DNA from: Schizochytrium sp. TIO01
Lineage: Eukaryota; Protista; Bigyra: Labyrinthulomycetes
Assembly: GCA_004764695.1 (NCBI GenBank)
Contig: SMSO01000025.1
Location: 62,001-126,000 of the forward strand
Reading direction: 5' to 3'
DNA: 64,000 nucleotides
The position numbers and the translations under genes were made by a program. This document shows positions 49,415 to 59,833 of this stretch, one piece after another; the stretch's first letter is position 1; each line of letters begins with the position of its first letter. The notes under the pieces are model-generated. The model was given only the letters and a program-made list of their open reading frames with translations. It was not told the DNA's origin and made no database searches.

Positions 49415-50204
49415 AAAATGAGACAAACAAAGAAGAGACTTCCTTATAGCTTTACTCCCAGTTTTCCAAAAACACAACGCTTTGACGCACTTATTATTTA
49501 GAGTGGAACGAGTTTCCCTATCGTTTCTTGTACGCCCTTGCTTTGAGGCCTTCCTAGAAAGTTTCGGAATCTTCAAGAAGAAATATAACTTTAAAACTGA
49601 TGATAGTCAAATATAGGTCTATCCTAGTAGGGGTGATGTTTTCCTATTCATTAGAAACTATTCATTAGAAAGTAAACACGAAAATTATGTTGATATGAGA
49701 TCAGGTGTAGGTGTCAGGTTTACTTTGAATGTCCATAAAAATTATTACACTCATTAGTCCATTTTCACTCAATCTTGCAACGCACATATACATAGACAGA
49801 TTTAAACTGTCTATTATCCAAGATGCAAATGTGTATTATGCCCGTCTTAGCCGACTTTGCCTTGGGTTTTACCCAAAGTAAAAGAATACAGCCGGATTCG
49901 AGGGGAACTATGGAAACTCTTTAAAACCATTTATTTCTTCTTTAAAATAATGGAAACGTCAAACGAAACGAGAATGAATTTTCATACGGTAATTAAAGCT
50001 ACTGCTATAGGTAAGTACCCTGTCTGTTTATTGCTGGATGTATAGAAAAACAAAAAAACATAAAAACGAATAGCATTATGGTGAATAAAAAGATCACCTA
50101 TCCGAGCGCAAGGGCAAATTCTAATTGGACGTTCGCTCGCCGCCGAGCGAGGTGCCACAATCGTGCGCAAAGGTCACAACCCTCAGTGCTAGGCAGTCTG
50201 GACC

Positions 50205-53200
50205 ATGCGCGGCAGGCGACGGAGGTCTAGTGGGGCCCCGATGCAAACACCGGCGGTCGGTAGGAGGACAAGGGCAGCCTCAAAGCGGATCTCGTCGGGG
50301 GCTAGCGCGGAGAGCAGCGCTCAGGATCATAGTTTTGGATCAACGCAGAAGCTCGCCAAGAACAGAAACGATCAAGACCTTGCCCAATATCCAGATCTTG
50401 CTACGAGCAATCAGCAAATGGTACTAGACTTAACTCAAGGTCAACGAAGTAAAGACCAGAACCATCAACATGATTGCAATAAGGATCAAGATCGAAGCAG
50501 TCCAGATGAAGCATGGCAATTAAGGCGCGCTAGGGAGGAGCAAGAAGCCTTGGATATGCAATTGGCAGAGCAACTGGAAGCAGAAATGCTGGCTAATGCC
50601 AAGTCCAATAAATCCAAACCAGATAGGCGGATTACTCGTGACTTCTCAAAGAAAGGCTTGTTGAAGTTGACTGAAACAGTTGGTGAGAAAAGTGCAGCTG
50701 CCAAAACAGGAATAGTAGCAGCATTCCAACCATCAACGACAGAAAAAGCAACCACTACTTCAGAACCTGCACAACCACCTACATCATCAGGATCTACATC
50801 TGCTCTACTAACAAAACCATCAACACCACAACTGCCCATGGCAAAAGAATCCCCACCATCGAATGTAGTTCAATTACCGCCTTCACCTTCAACTGTTCCA
50901 GCGTCCTCAACAATAGTACTATCATCGTCACCGTGCACTACGCAACAGTTGCAAACATCACCAACAACCAAACCACCAGGTGCAGAACTGGCTCAAGTAA
51001 CACCTACAACAAGAGGAACGACACCAAAGGCAATGGTGCAATCTGGTGCGCCAAAGAGCCCTGGGGTGGGGTCCTCTATGGGGATGGAGAAAGGTTCTAC
51101 ATCAGGAGTTCAACCTGGGATACTGTCATCTCCACAGAATGAGAGCGTGCCATTGTCGGTGTCACCTACTCAGCATATACAGTATAAGGGCGATAGACCC
51201 AAGAGAATTTCTAAACCACGCGAGTTTTTCACCTATGAACATAACGTACCTTCTTCGGTATCTGTGGCCGGTACGCCCCCAAGGAAACCTGCACGGAGAA
51301 GGTCTGGTGCGACCGACGACACTGACTATGCGAATGTAAAAAAAGCCAGTTCTGTTAACGAGGTGACAGCTGCAAACCACATTGTCGCACCTAATATAGA
51401 CTTGGCTTCAGGGGCCAAACTATCTGAATTTATTGACGACAATGTAGAAATAAGAAAAAAATCAGGCCGAGGTCGTAAGCGTATCCTAAAAAAAGAGGAC
51501 GATGTGGATGAGCAATCTCCCAACAAAGTGCAAAGGGAAAATTCGTCATTAGACTCAACAAAGATACCACGTCAAAGGAGGAAACGACAAGCGAAAAGTA
51601 GAGAGGAAGATGTGATTTCTAAAGATCATCCAAAAGTAGCGAAATCTAAACTTCAATCTGAGGAATCAGTTGGACAAAAGAATAATGGTGTGCCCGAACC
51701 TACGAAACTAAAAAGAAAGCGAGGCAGACCTCGGAAGAATCCAGCCCCTGTCTTAGATGGATCCCAAGAGCCTCTGAAATCGCAATCATATAAGAAAAAG
51801 GCTCAAGAAAGCCCTCCGAAGAAATCGCATGTAGAATCATCTGGGTCTGCTGAGGCCTCTAGGGAGTCTGAACCAACCGATGAGAAAACTCTTGAAGAGG
51901 TTGCGCAAAAACTCGAAGAAGATCCTCTCATGAGAGGCAAACCTCCGTGCGAACCTAAAATGCACTCCAGACGCCCTCGTAATCTAAAGACCTGCACCAA
52001 CAATCCTAACTGCCTCTTTGGGCTTGGAGAAGATTCTGGCGTTTGGACGGGAGCATGCAACTCTGCGAAGATTCTAGGGCGTGACCCACGAGTGAAGGAG
52101 CGCACCTCTCTTAAAGAGCCTGTTGGCCTCATCAATCTCGGAGCAACTTGTTACGTCAATGCTCTAATTCAAACTCTTTACATGATTCCTCACTTCAGGC
52201 ACCTCATGTACGAGTGGACGCCTTCGGACGATGATGATGCGCATGCGGCACCTATCAAAGAACTTCGCCTTGTCTTTGGGCTCATGCAGAAAGGCAACGC
52301 CAAGACTCAGGATCTGCGCAAGCTTGTATCATTACTAGAACTAGACTCGAGCTACCAGCAAGACGCCCAGGAGTTTCATAAACTTCTCCTTGGCCTTCTT
52401 GACTCGGTAGCGTCAAAGCATCCAAAGGAAAACGTAAACCGTCTAGGGGAGCTCTTTCGAGGAGGAATGCACAACATTGTAAAGTGCTTACGTTGCAAGA
52501 AGGAATCTTTACGTCCTGAGGACTCACAAGAAATCCAAATCAATATCAAAGGTCATCCTTCGTTGCGATCCGCCTTCGAAGCGTATGCAGCTGTAGAAAC
52601 CCTTGAAGGACACGATAAGTATGCATGCGATTTGTGCAAGTCAAAACAAGATGCCGAGCGCTACGTTCGAGTCTCAAAACTCCCTGAAGTTCTCATTGTT
52701 CTTTTGAACCGATTTGTCTGGGATCTCAAGCAAGGCGTTAAAAGGAAAGTGAAAGATAGCATCGAGATCTCTGATACCCTTGATTTTGCCAATGACGATG
52801 TCCTCAACAACATGCTTTCCGAATCACTTCGTGAAACGATCATCAAAAGCCCTGATCGAAAAGACGACTTTCACTACTCACTAACCGCAGTCCTTGCTCA
52901 CAAAGGCGCAGGTGCTGATGCAGGTCATTACACTGCGGATGTACTCGATGTATCCAAAGAGCCGCCTGTTTGGTATACCATGGACGATGAGAAGGTCTCG
53001 ATTATTAACAAACGACTTACATCAAGTAGAAACGCCTACATGTTGGTTTACCGCAAGACGAATTCTCTAAAAACCAACAGTAAAGATCTTGACGCCATGT
53101 CTAAGGATGTCCAAGACGCTGTAAATTCGGCAAACGATGATTTAACAAAGGAAATTGAATCATTTGATGAGAATGTGAAAGCTTTGGATGGCAAGGTTGC

Positions 53201-55511
53201 TCAGCGACGCAAACTATATGAAGAACTTTTTATTGAACGGAAGGAGGGAACTCCATTTGCAAGTGAGGAAGGCAAAGGCGTTTGGGTCCCTACGGACTGG
53301 CTTCAAGCATGGATCTCAGGCAATTCGACGAATTTATCATCATCAACAGCAAAAGATCAAAAGGATGACAAATCATCTCAGAGCTCTTCGTCGAATGGTT
53401 TGCGAGATAACGATGCGAAGGTAATTGTGGATCTCGCGGAAGATACGGCACCATGTAATAAGGACAGTGACGATACTGTAGATCTTAGTGGGGATGATCC
53501 TAACGAAACAGCTGGGACTAAATCTGAGAATGGAGACAATGCTAGTGCAGATGGTTTTGTTGTTTTTACAGAGCCACCGAATGTACAACCTTTTCTTTGT
53601 CAGGAACATGTTAGAGATGGGGACACATCAGTATCTATTGGCCCGGGTGGAGCGTCGCGAATGAAACGTCTGAGTATTCCGGTATGGAAGCAACTTGCTG
53701 CCTCTTGTGGATTGGATCCCGAGAAGGCTAGACTTCCCTATGCTATATACGAGTCAGAACACCCCAAATTAGCCTGCCCAGGGTGCTTTAAGGTACTACG
53801 ACAACGAGTAAAGCTTATTCAGGAATCCACTGAAGTTCGCCAGCGCATCGAAGTGATTTTGCGCAAGAACCGCCAATATCCGTTACAAACGAATGAGGAG
53901 GACCGAATCCGGTGCTTCTACATTGCCAGAACTTGGGTCAACCACTGGCTTCACTATAATGCATTCAAAGACCAACAGGCGGATGCAGTTTTAAAGCAAG
54001 TGTTCAATGACAAAGGCAATAGCAAGGCAAAAGGAAAACTTAATGGAACGCTGTCGCGTGGGAAACCTCGGAAACTCCCTACAGGGCAAGGGCAAGAAAT
54101 TCTTGCGGACTTAGCCGGCCAAGACGGAGCGGGCTCTGAAGTGCCTGAACCATCATGGAATATTAACGAATCCATCACCTGTGAACACAATAACCTCACG
54201 CTCGGGAAAAAAGATAAGTGGCTTCTGTACCCTGACGATTGGAAATTCATATTTCATAACGCGTTGGGGGGTCACTGCTTTTCAAAGACGGTAGAATTCT
54301 TAGGTACATGTGAGCCATGCTCAATCTGCTCTGCAAGTGTGAATGCGACTAAAAATGAGTTAGTAGAGCTGGCAGCTCGCAAGAGCAAGCAACTTAATCA
54401 TTCTGCTCATAAGTCTGCGCTAAATCAGCTTCTAAGGACTTCAAATAAAGGTTGGCCAATTGTAAAGCGTGAAGGTATTCTACCAGTTGGGGTCTATTAT
54501 GTCCTACCCCGCAGCTGGTTAGTTAAGTGGCGCTTGTTTATAAGCAACAAAGCTAATACAGACGAGCCAATGCCACTTTCTCAAATACTTCAATCTCCTG
54601 CTGCAGCCTGTGCAGAACACCAACGTCCCATCGTGCATCATAGGCTGCTGTATTGGCTACGTCGGGAGAATTCTCATGAAGCAAGAACGCCTCTATCGCC
54701 AGAAGAAGTGGAAAATCCAAACATCCAAAGTTCGCAAACGGAAGTAATAACTGAAGCACAATGGGATGGTCTGGTGTCATTTTATGGGGACGACTTTGTT
54801 GTGCCTCACAAACTTATTCTAAATCGGGACTTAGATGTGAGTCAGAACTTCTTTATTGAGGATGTGAACCCTTCTTCACACTTCGAATTCCAGCCTGCGC
54901 TTTGTGTCGAATGCATGGGGAAAAAAATGGAAAGTGCCAGACAAGAGTCAATCGAGTTTGACGATAAATTCATTCATGTTCTAGTTCTTCCTGAATCAAA
55001 AGAGATCCCTGTTCAGTCTAGAGCTGGCTCCAACGGTGACTATATTGATACTAACGTTACAGACTCAGTAGTTCCCGTTGCAAATGCCTCCCATGGTAAT
55101 GTGCGACGAACGCGTCGAAAAACTGACCAAGGGAAAAGAGCGTCTCTTTCCGTATGTAGCTCAATGTCGCTTGGCAAAGTTTTGGCGCTCGCATACTATG
55201 ACGAGAAATTGACTCCAACTCTCTCTCAAGTATCGCCTTCTTCGATCAAAATATACTGCAAAGGTAGGCAACTCGATGATCTATCCCTTTCTTTGGCAGA
55301 GTCAGCAATCCATGCGGGTGATGAGGTGTACTTGAAGATCATGAATGACACCTTGCCTGAGGATTTCGATCCAGATATCACCCAGCAAGCTTGGTTCAGC
55401 CTCCTGGACGATTCCACAACTCAGGACACATCAACTTCAGCAAATGATAAGTCCAATAGGGTGAAGGAACGAGGTTTTCAAGGATCTTTACTTTCTCGTG
55501 CAAATATTTGA
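50205..55511 (+). CDS. USP48: USP48/UBP26-like ubiquitin-specific protease with long disordered N-terminus, DUSP-like regions and C-terminal ubiquitin-like domain
   Basis: CTNNPNCLFGLGE, Cys box GLINLGATCYVN, QQDAQEF, His box HKGAGADAGHY..DDEKV, SRNAYMLVY, and terminal ERGFQGSLL. Confidence 0.88.
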   Translation: MRGRRRRSSGAPMQTPAVGRRTRAASKRISSGASAESSAQDHSFGSTQKLAKNRNDQDLAQYPDLATSNQQMVLDLTQGQRSKDQNHQHDCNKDQDRSSPDEAWQLRRAREEQEALDMQLAEQLEAEMLANAKSNKSKPDRRITRDFSKKGLLKLTETVGEKSAAAKTGIVAAFQPSTTEKATTTSEPAQPPTSSGSTSALLTKPSTPQLPMAKESPPSNVVQLPPSPSTVPASSTIVLSSSPCTTQQLQTSPTTKPPGAELAQVTPTTRGTTPKAMVQSGAPKSPGVGSSMGMEKGSTSGVQPGILSSPQNESVPLSVSPTQHIQYKGDRPKRISKPREFFTYEHNVPSSVSVAGTPPRKPARRRSGATDDTDYANVKKASSVNEVTAANHIVAPNIDLASGAKLSEFIDDNVEIRKKSGRGRKRILKKEDDVDEQSPNKVQRENSSLDSTKIPRQRRKRQAKSREEDVISKDHPKVAKSKLQSEESVGQKNNGVPEPTKLKRKRGRPRKNPAPVLDGSQEPLKSQSYKKKAQESPPKKSHVESSGSAEASRESEPTDEKTLEEVAQKLEEDPLMRGKPPCEPKMHSRRPRNLKTCTNNPNCLFGLGEDSGVWTGACNSAKILGRDPRVKERTSLKEPVGLINLGATCYVNALIQTLYMIPHFRHLMYEWTPSDDDDAHAAPIKELRLVFGLMQKGNAKTQDLRKLVSLLELDSSYQQDAQEFHKLLLGLLDSVASKHPKENVNRLGELFRGGMHNIVKCLRCKKESLRPEDSQEIQINIKGHPSLRSAFEAYAAVETLEGHDKYACDLCKSKQDAERYVRVSKLPEVLIVLLNRFVWDLKQGVKRKVKDSIEISDTLDFANDDVLNNMLSESLRETIIKSPDRKDDFHYSLTAVLAHKGAGADAGHYTADVLDVSKEPPVWYTMDDEKVSIINKRLTSSRNAYMLVYRKTNSLKTNSKDLDAMSKDVQDAVNSANDDLTKEIESFDENVKALDGKVAQRRKLYEELFIERKEGTPFASEEGKGVWVPTDWLQAWISGNSTNLSSSTAKDQKDDKSSQSSSSNGLRDNDAKVIVDLAEDTAPCNKDSDDTVDLSGDDPNETAGTKSENGDNASADGFVVFTEPPNVQPFLCQEHVRDGDTSVSIGPGGASRMKRLSIPVWKQLAASCGLDPEKARLPYAIYESEHPKLACPGCFKVLRQRVKLIQESTEVRQRIEVILRKNRQYPLQTNEEDRIRCFYIARTWVNHWLHYNAFKDQQADAVLKQVFNDKGNSKAKGKLNGTLSRGKPRKLPTGQGQEILADLAGQDGAGSEVPEPSWNINESITCEHNNLTLGKKDKWLLYPDDWKFIFHNALGGHCFSKTVEFLGTCEPCSICSASVNATKNELVELAARKSKQLNHSAHKSALNQLLRTSNKGWPIVKREGILPVGVYYVLPRSWLVKWRLFISNKANTDEPMPLSQILQSPAAACAEHQRPIVHHRLLYWLRRENSHEARTPLSPEEVENPNIQSSQTEVITEAQWDGLVSFYGDDFVVPHKLILNRDLDVSQNFFIEDVNPSSHFEFQPALCVECMGKKMESARQESIEFDDKFIHVLVLPESKEIPVQSRAGSNGDYIDTNVTDSVVPVANASHGNVRRTRRKTDQGKRASLSVCSSMSLGKVLALAYYDEKLTPTLSQVSPSSIKIYCKGRQLDDLSLSLAESAIHAGDEVYLKIMNDTLPEDFDPDITQQAWFSLLDDSTTQDTSTSANDKSNRVKERGFQGSLLSRANI

Positions 55512-56182
55512 AGGAAGTTATCTCCACAAGTACAATTTTTACATTGAGATTTCTTCATCTTTTCGATCGTTCATAATCATTCCAAAACCTGACTCTTAAA
55601 GTCTGCTAGCTTCTGATTAAAGTTCAAGGTTGTTAAATCTGCTCGTGAATTTCCAACGAGACTTAGTTGAGCGCGTATTATAGGAATGACTTGTTTGCAG
55701 ATACGTTTATGAGTGAACAGAATGTCTAACACGCCATCGCAAGGTGCCTTCAATTCTGCAAAATCTAAAGAATGCTGAGCTTATTGCGTAGCTTTGATTG
55801 TCGACCATCATTTGTTAAGTTTACAGAGTGATGAGTTGCAACAATATTTGTATTACCTAGTGTTTCTTTATAGTAAGCTCTTTGATATCTAGTCCAGTTT
55901 GACATCCAACGTACTTCTAATAATCTGATTTCACCACTAAGGCCTCAAATTTCACGAGTGCGCGTCTGATATATTGGGATCCCTCTACCTTTTCTGAAGT
56001 ATACCTTGGCATAAAGTTTTCGATACTATCTGCTAACTTTACAATGGAATCTCAAGAACAAATTTGCGTATTTAGAACATTTGGAACATAAGATACTCCG
56101 GCAAACATATAGCAAAGCCCAAACAACAGTGACTTTTGATTTCTACTGTGCTCCGCGGCAACTTTCAAACAGCCGACAGACG

Positions 56183-56826
56183 ATGCAGGCCACGTTGACT
56201 GCTGGCGGCTTTGGCGTGGCAAGCCTTTTCTGCCTTTTTCTTGGTTGCGGCCTTGGCGGCGCATGGTGGCCTCTCTTCAATGGTACGTGACCTGGTGCAA
56301 CGAAGCTCCTCCAACAGGCGCTTTTGCTTTCAGTTGAGACCTTGGTGTATGGAGAGCTTTGGAACTATGAGTCTGGGAGGGCTTCGTAAGAAATTGGTTC
56401 TACAGATATGAATCGTAGAATTTGTGGCGGGATTGCATGTAAGAGTGATAATATCCAAGACCTTCCTATTAACGTTCTCAATGCTATTTCTATCAATGCT
56501 TCATGTTTACCGCAATTACTCTCGATAAATATGGCACGTTTATATTGTTGTTTGATTGCTTTGTTGGATGCTATACAGTGTTCTTTTTAGTACTGCTTGG
56601 GCTACCGATGATGTTTGGCTCCCACGAGACTACTGGACTACTTGGCGCCCTAGGCGATTTTGTAGAGGCTGCGTTTACATTGAGCATCTTTGCCTTTCCA
56701 ACGGTGCTTTACCGCGTAGATGAGTTGAGTGGCGGGGGACTTTTCCTAGTGTACCTTAGCAATTGCTTTGCAGGCGGGACGTTATTTCTTCTTTATCGTA
56801 TTGCTCAAGAGCAATCGGTGTGGTGA
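56183..56826 (+). CDS. VPS55: Vps55/LEPROT-family 4-TM endosomal protein; exons 56183-56282 and 56579-56826, 115 aa
   Basis: Intron GTACGT..CAG joins LFLGCGLGGAWWPLFN to VFFLVLLGLP...GDFVEAAFTLSIFAFPTVLYR in frame. Confidence 0.8.
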
Positions 56827-57640
56827 TTCTTGGCACTCTATTTTGTGACTATATACCTCGGAGATGCAGCTAACATCAATCTCCTTTGCCACCTTTTAGA
56901 TCTGTTCCTATACTAGAATCGGGAAGGAAGCAAGCTACAGCGTTGCTATAAACAGAAAATAGTGCTTTTCATGTTCATAGGATAGAAAACGTTTTCTTCA
57001 AACAAGTCAAATCCTTACACTCCCTTCTTTTTCTTCCTCCCCTTTCTCCTAATAATTCAAACAAATTTTGCATTCAAAGATAGACTCTGTGGCAAATTCT
57101 TCCATGCTGTTCACCGTTGTCAAGCATGGACACAATATGATTTTGTGCGTTGCCAGGAACTTCACGAGTTAGAATATTCTTCATCAAGCACTTGTGCTGT
57201 TTATGCAACTTTAACTAAGAAATCTTCAGTTCGTGTTTCAACAGCTTGACTGAGAAAAGAGCGTGACACAGCCATTAGTGTTACCATGATAGTTAAATTC
57301 TTTTAGATCATGGCTGGTACTCTTCTTAGAAACTTACTTATTTTAGTCCTAAAAAATTAAATTTTAAAATGGTCAAGGTTGACCTAATTTTGTTTCGAAG
57401 AAGAGGATTTAGGAAACACATTCAGGATAACACCCTTGTTCTTTGAAAACCCTACTGGAGTTTTCTGTTAAGATTCGATGTTTGATTGACAAATCGCAAG
57501 AGAGAAGCTCGTAGGAGTTCAGTTCTGGGTCGAAATAAAGACAACCTTAGTGGAGTACACACTTCAAATATCAGTAGTGTCTATTACCAACGGCTCTTCT
57601 ACTCAGAGTTTTGCCAAAGACTAAGGGGAAAAAATAATGA

Positions 57641-57663
57641 AAGAGAGAGAGAGAGAGAGAGAG
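57641..57663. repeat. (GA)n microsatellite
   Basis: Direct reading. Confidence 0.85.
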
Positions 57664-57870
57664 GGGATCAGGAACTAAGTATATAGGAAGGCTCGGCTCG
57701 ACCATCACCAGTGTGATAGCTCTCACGCGCCTGGCGAAGGTCGGTGCGTGTTTGCTTTCAACAAAAGCTTCCGTGGCCATCTGGATTGCTGCAAGCAAAC
57801 CTGGAGAAATCAATTTCTCCTCTTGATGCACGTATTCGCAACGAAGAACTATTGTAGCGATCAGGAATCA

Positions 57871-59451
57871 ATGCAGCAACACAACTTTGAAGGTGTTGAC
57901 CAAATGGAGACCCAGGCTCAGCTTTCAGCGAGACAAGCACACCTGGCGAGGTCTGCATCGTCGTTCTTGATACGTCCGTCTCCTGCTGCACGCAAGGAGA
58001 AAAGCACTCTGGACGATGCAGACAGATTACGCCGACTCCGTGCTGAGGAAATTGAACGAGAATTCTTAGAAATTGACATGCTGACAGACGACAAGTTGCG
58101 CGAGATCGCAAAGAGGGATGACCTCGAAAATGTGACTGAGCTGGCACTACGCGTTGACACCACAGATCAATCCATTACCCAGCTTGGCCGCGCTTTGCCG
58201 TCCTTAAAATCCCTCACGCTCGATCTCAGTATTCTTGCAAGCTTTAGAGACTTCGGTACTAGCCTGCGTCATCTTAGAGTATTACACTTGGCATCGAGCC
58301 AAGTGAGGGATCTTGATGGGATTTCTGCTCTCGACTCTCTGGTAGAGCTTCACATTGCAGGAAACTACATTTGTGATCTTACGCCACTTGCAATGCACGA
58401 ATCGCTTGAGACCTTAGATCTTCGTGGCAACTTAGTTAGGGACCTTAATGAAATCGACCAGCTCGGTACATGTTTACATTTGCGAAATTTACTTCTCGAA
58501 GACAATCCTGTAGCCAGGATTGAGCCTTTCAGACGAGTCGTATGTCAGTACATTCCCCATTTAGAAGTCCTCGAGAGTAGAATGATTACTAAAGAGGATC
58601 GAGAACCTGTGAATGAGAATGTTCTTGAAAACTTATCTGCATACCTCGAGACGTTAGACGCACCAAATTTAAGTGATCAAGAGTTCGCAGAGGAGCCCAC
58701 CATGCGCCGGTGGGCAAGTGCATGCATAATCAACACAAACTGTGACGAGCTAGAGATGATTCGAGCTCGCCCAAGTACGCCACTGGGCAAGACCAAATCT
58801 TTGCGACTCTCTTATAGTCCAAAGGATGCCACGCGCAACAAAGCAAACGTGGAGAGGAGCGAACACCGTGTTAATCCCAGCCAAGATTCGTCTAGTGCCT
58901 CAAAATCCACCGTCGCCGCCGCAGCAGCCGCAGCTGGAGAAAGTGCTTCAGACCTGACACATGGTTCTACAGTTGTGTTTGCTGGTAACCTTGCCGCATC
59001 GATGCGCCGTCGTAAAAAACAGTCTCGCCTTGAGTCTAATGAGCAGAGACTTCGAGAGGTAGCCGCCGCACTTGCAAATGACAGTTGGGGCGTAGCTCAA
59101 CCTGAACAAGACCTCACGCCACGCTTTGGAAGCCGGGCAGAAGAGGATGACGATCTTTTACTATCAGAAAGCAAGCTTGACGAACTTCTTGCACTTAGCA
59201 ACAGTTTAGAGCGTGACTTTAGAGAACTTCAACTTGATAAAGGTGGTTCTCCAACAGAATCACCTCGGTCGCGAATCGTGCGCCGCAAAGCACGTGCAAA
59301 GCCAAACCAAATGACAGAACTCACGGGAAAACAACCCCATCCCCCGAAGCGTTCAAGTCCTCTTTCCTCTGTTGTGGACGATCTCGCACAATTTGCTATC
59401 GATGACTCTCAGGAATACGACCGTTGCTTAGATGACGAAGAAAAGCGATAA
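57871..59451 (+). CDS. LRRC56: LRRC56-like leucine-rich-repeat ciliary protein
   Basis: LALRVDT..SITQLGRALPSLKSLTL..S.LASFRDFGTSLRHLRVL...DLDGISAL..L.EL....N.I.DL.PL, LRRcap, and downstream SDLTHGS..VFAGNLAASMRRR. Start ATG uncertain (57826, 57871 or 57904). Confidence 0.8.
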   Translation: MQQHNFEGVDQMETQAQLSARQAHLARSASSFLIRPSPAARKEKSTLDDADRLRRLRAEEIEREFLEIDMLTDDKLREIAKRDDLENVTELALRVDTTDQSITQLGRALPSLKSLTLDLSILASFRDFGTSLRHLRVLHLASSQVRDLDGISALDSLVELHIAGNYICDLTPLAMHESLETLDLRGNLVRDLNEIDQLGTCLHLRNLLLEDNPVARIEPFRRVVCQYIPHLEVLESRMITKEDREPVNENVLENLSAYLETLDAPNLSDQEFAEEPTMRRWASACIINTNCDELEMIRARPSTPLGKTKSLRLSYSPKDATRNKANVERSEHRVNPSQDSSSASKSTVAAAAAAAGESASDLTHGSTVVFAGNLAASMRRRKKQSRLESNEQRLREVAAALANDSWGVAQPEQDLTPRFGSRAEEDDDLLLSESKLDELLALSNSLERDFRELQLDKGGSPTESPRSRIVRRKARAKPNQMTELTGKQPHPPKRSSPLSSVVDDLAQFAIDDSQEYDRCLDDEEKR

Positions 59452-59833
59452 AGGCTGTTTTTTTTCTTTGAAATAAAATAAAGTGACAGCCTCTCCTCAT
59501 CTCTTTTTATTTCCAAATGGTGCATACATGATGAACAAGATTTCTAAACTGAAATGTATGTATGTGTTTATTTTTCCTCTACAAAGAAAAAGGGCTTTCA
59601 GTTGGAACGCATGAACTGGAAAACAAACCGATCTGACTATTTGTCTCACTATAAATGAGAAAGTATAGAGAACGATGTGTATCCAGTGATGGCGACTGGT
59701 TAGACAATACCAGCTAGCGAATATTGACTTGCCGTGCTTCTTCTACTCACAACAATCTAGTTCTCTTATTCCTCGAAGATTCCCAAGCGTTGACACTCGA
59801 GAGTGAAAGTAACTTAGTCTAAACACTTTCTGT

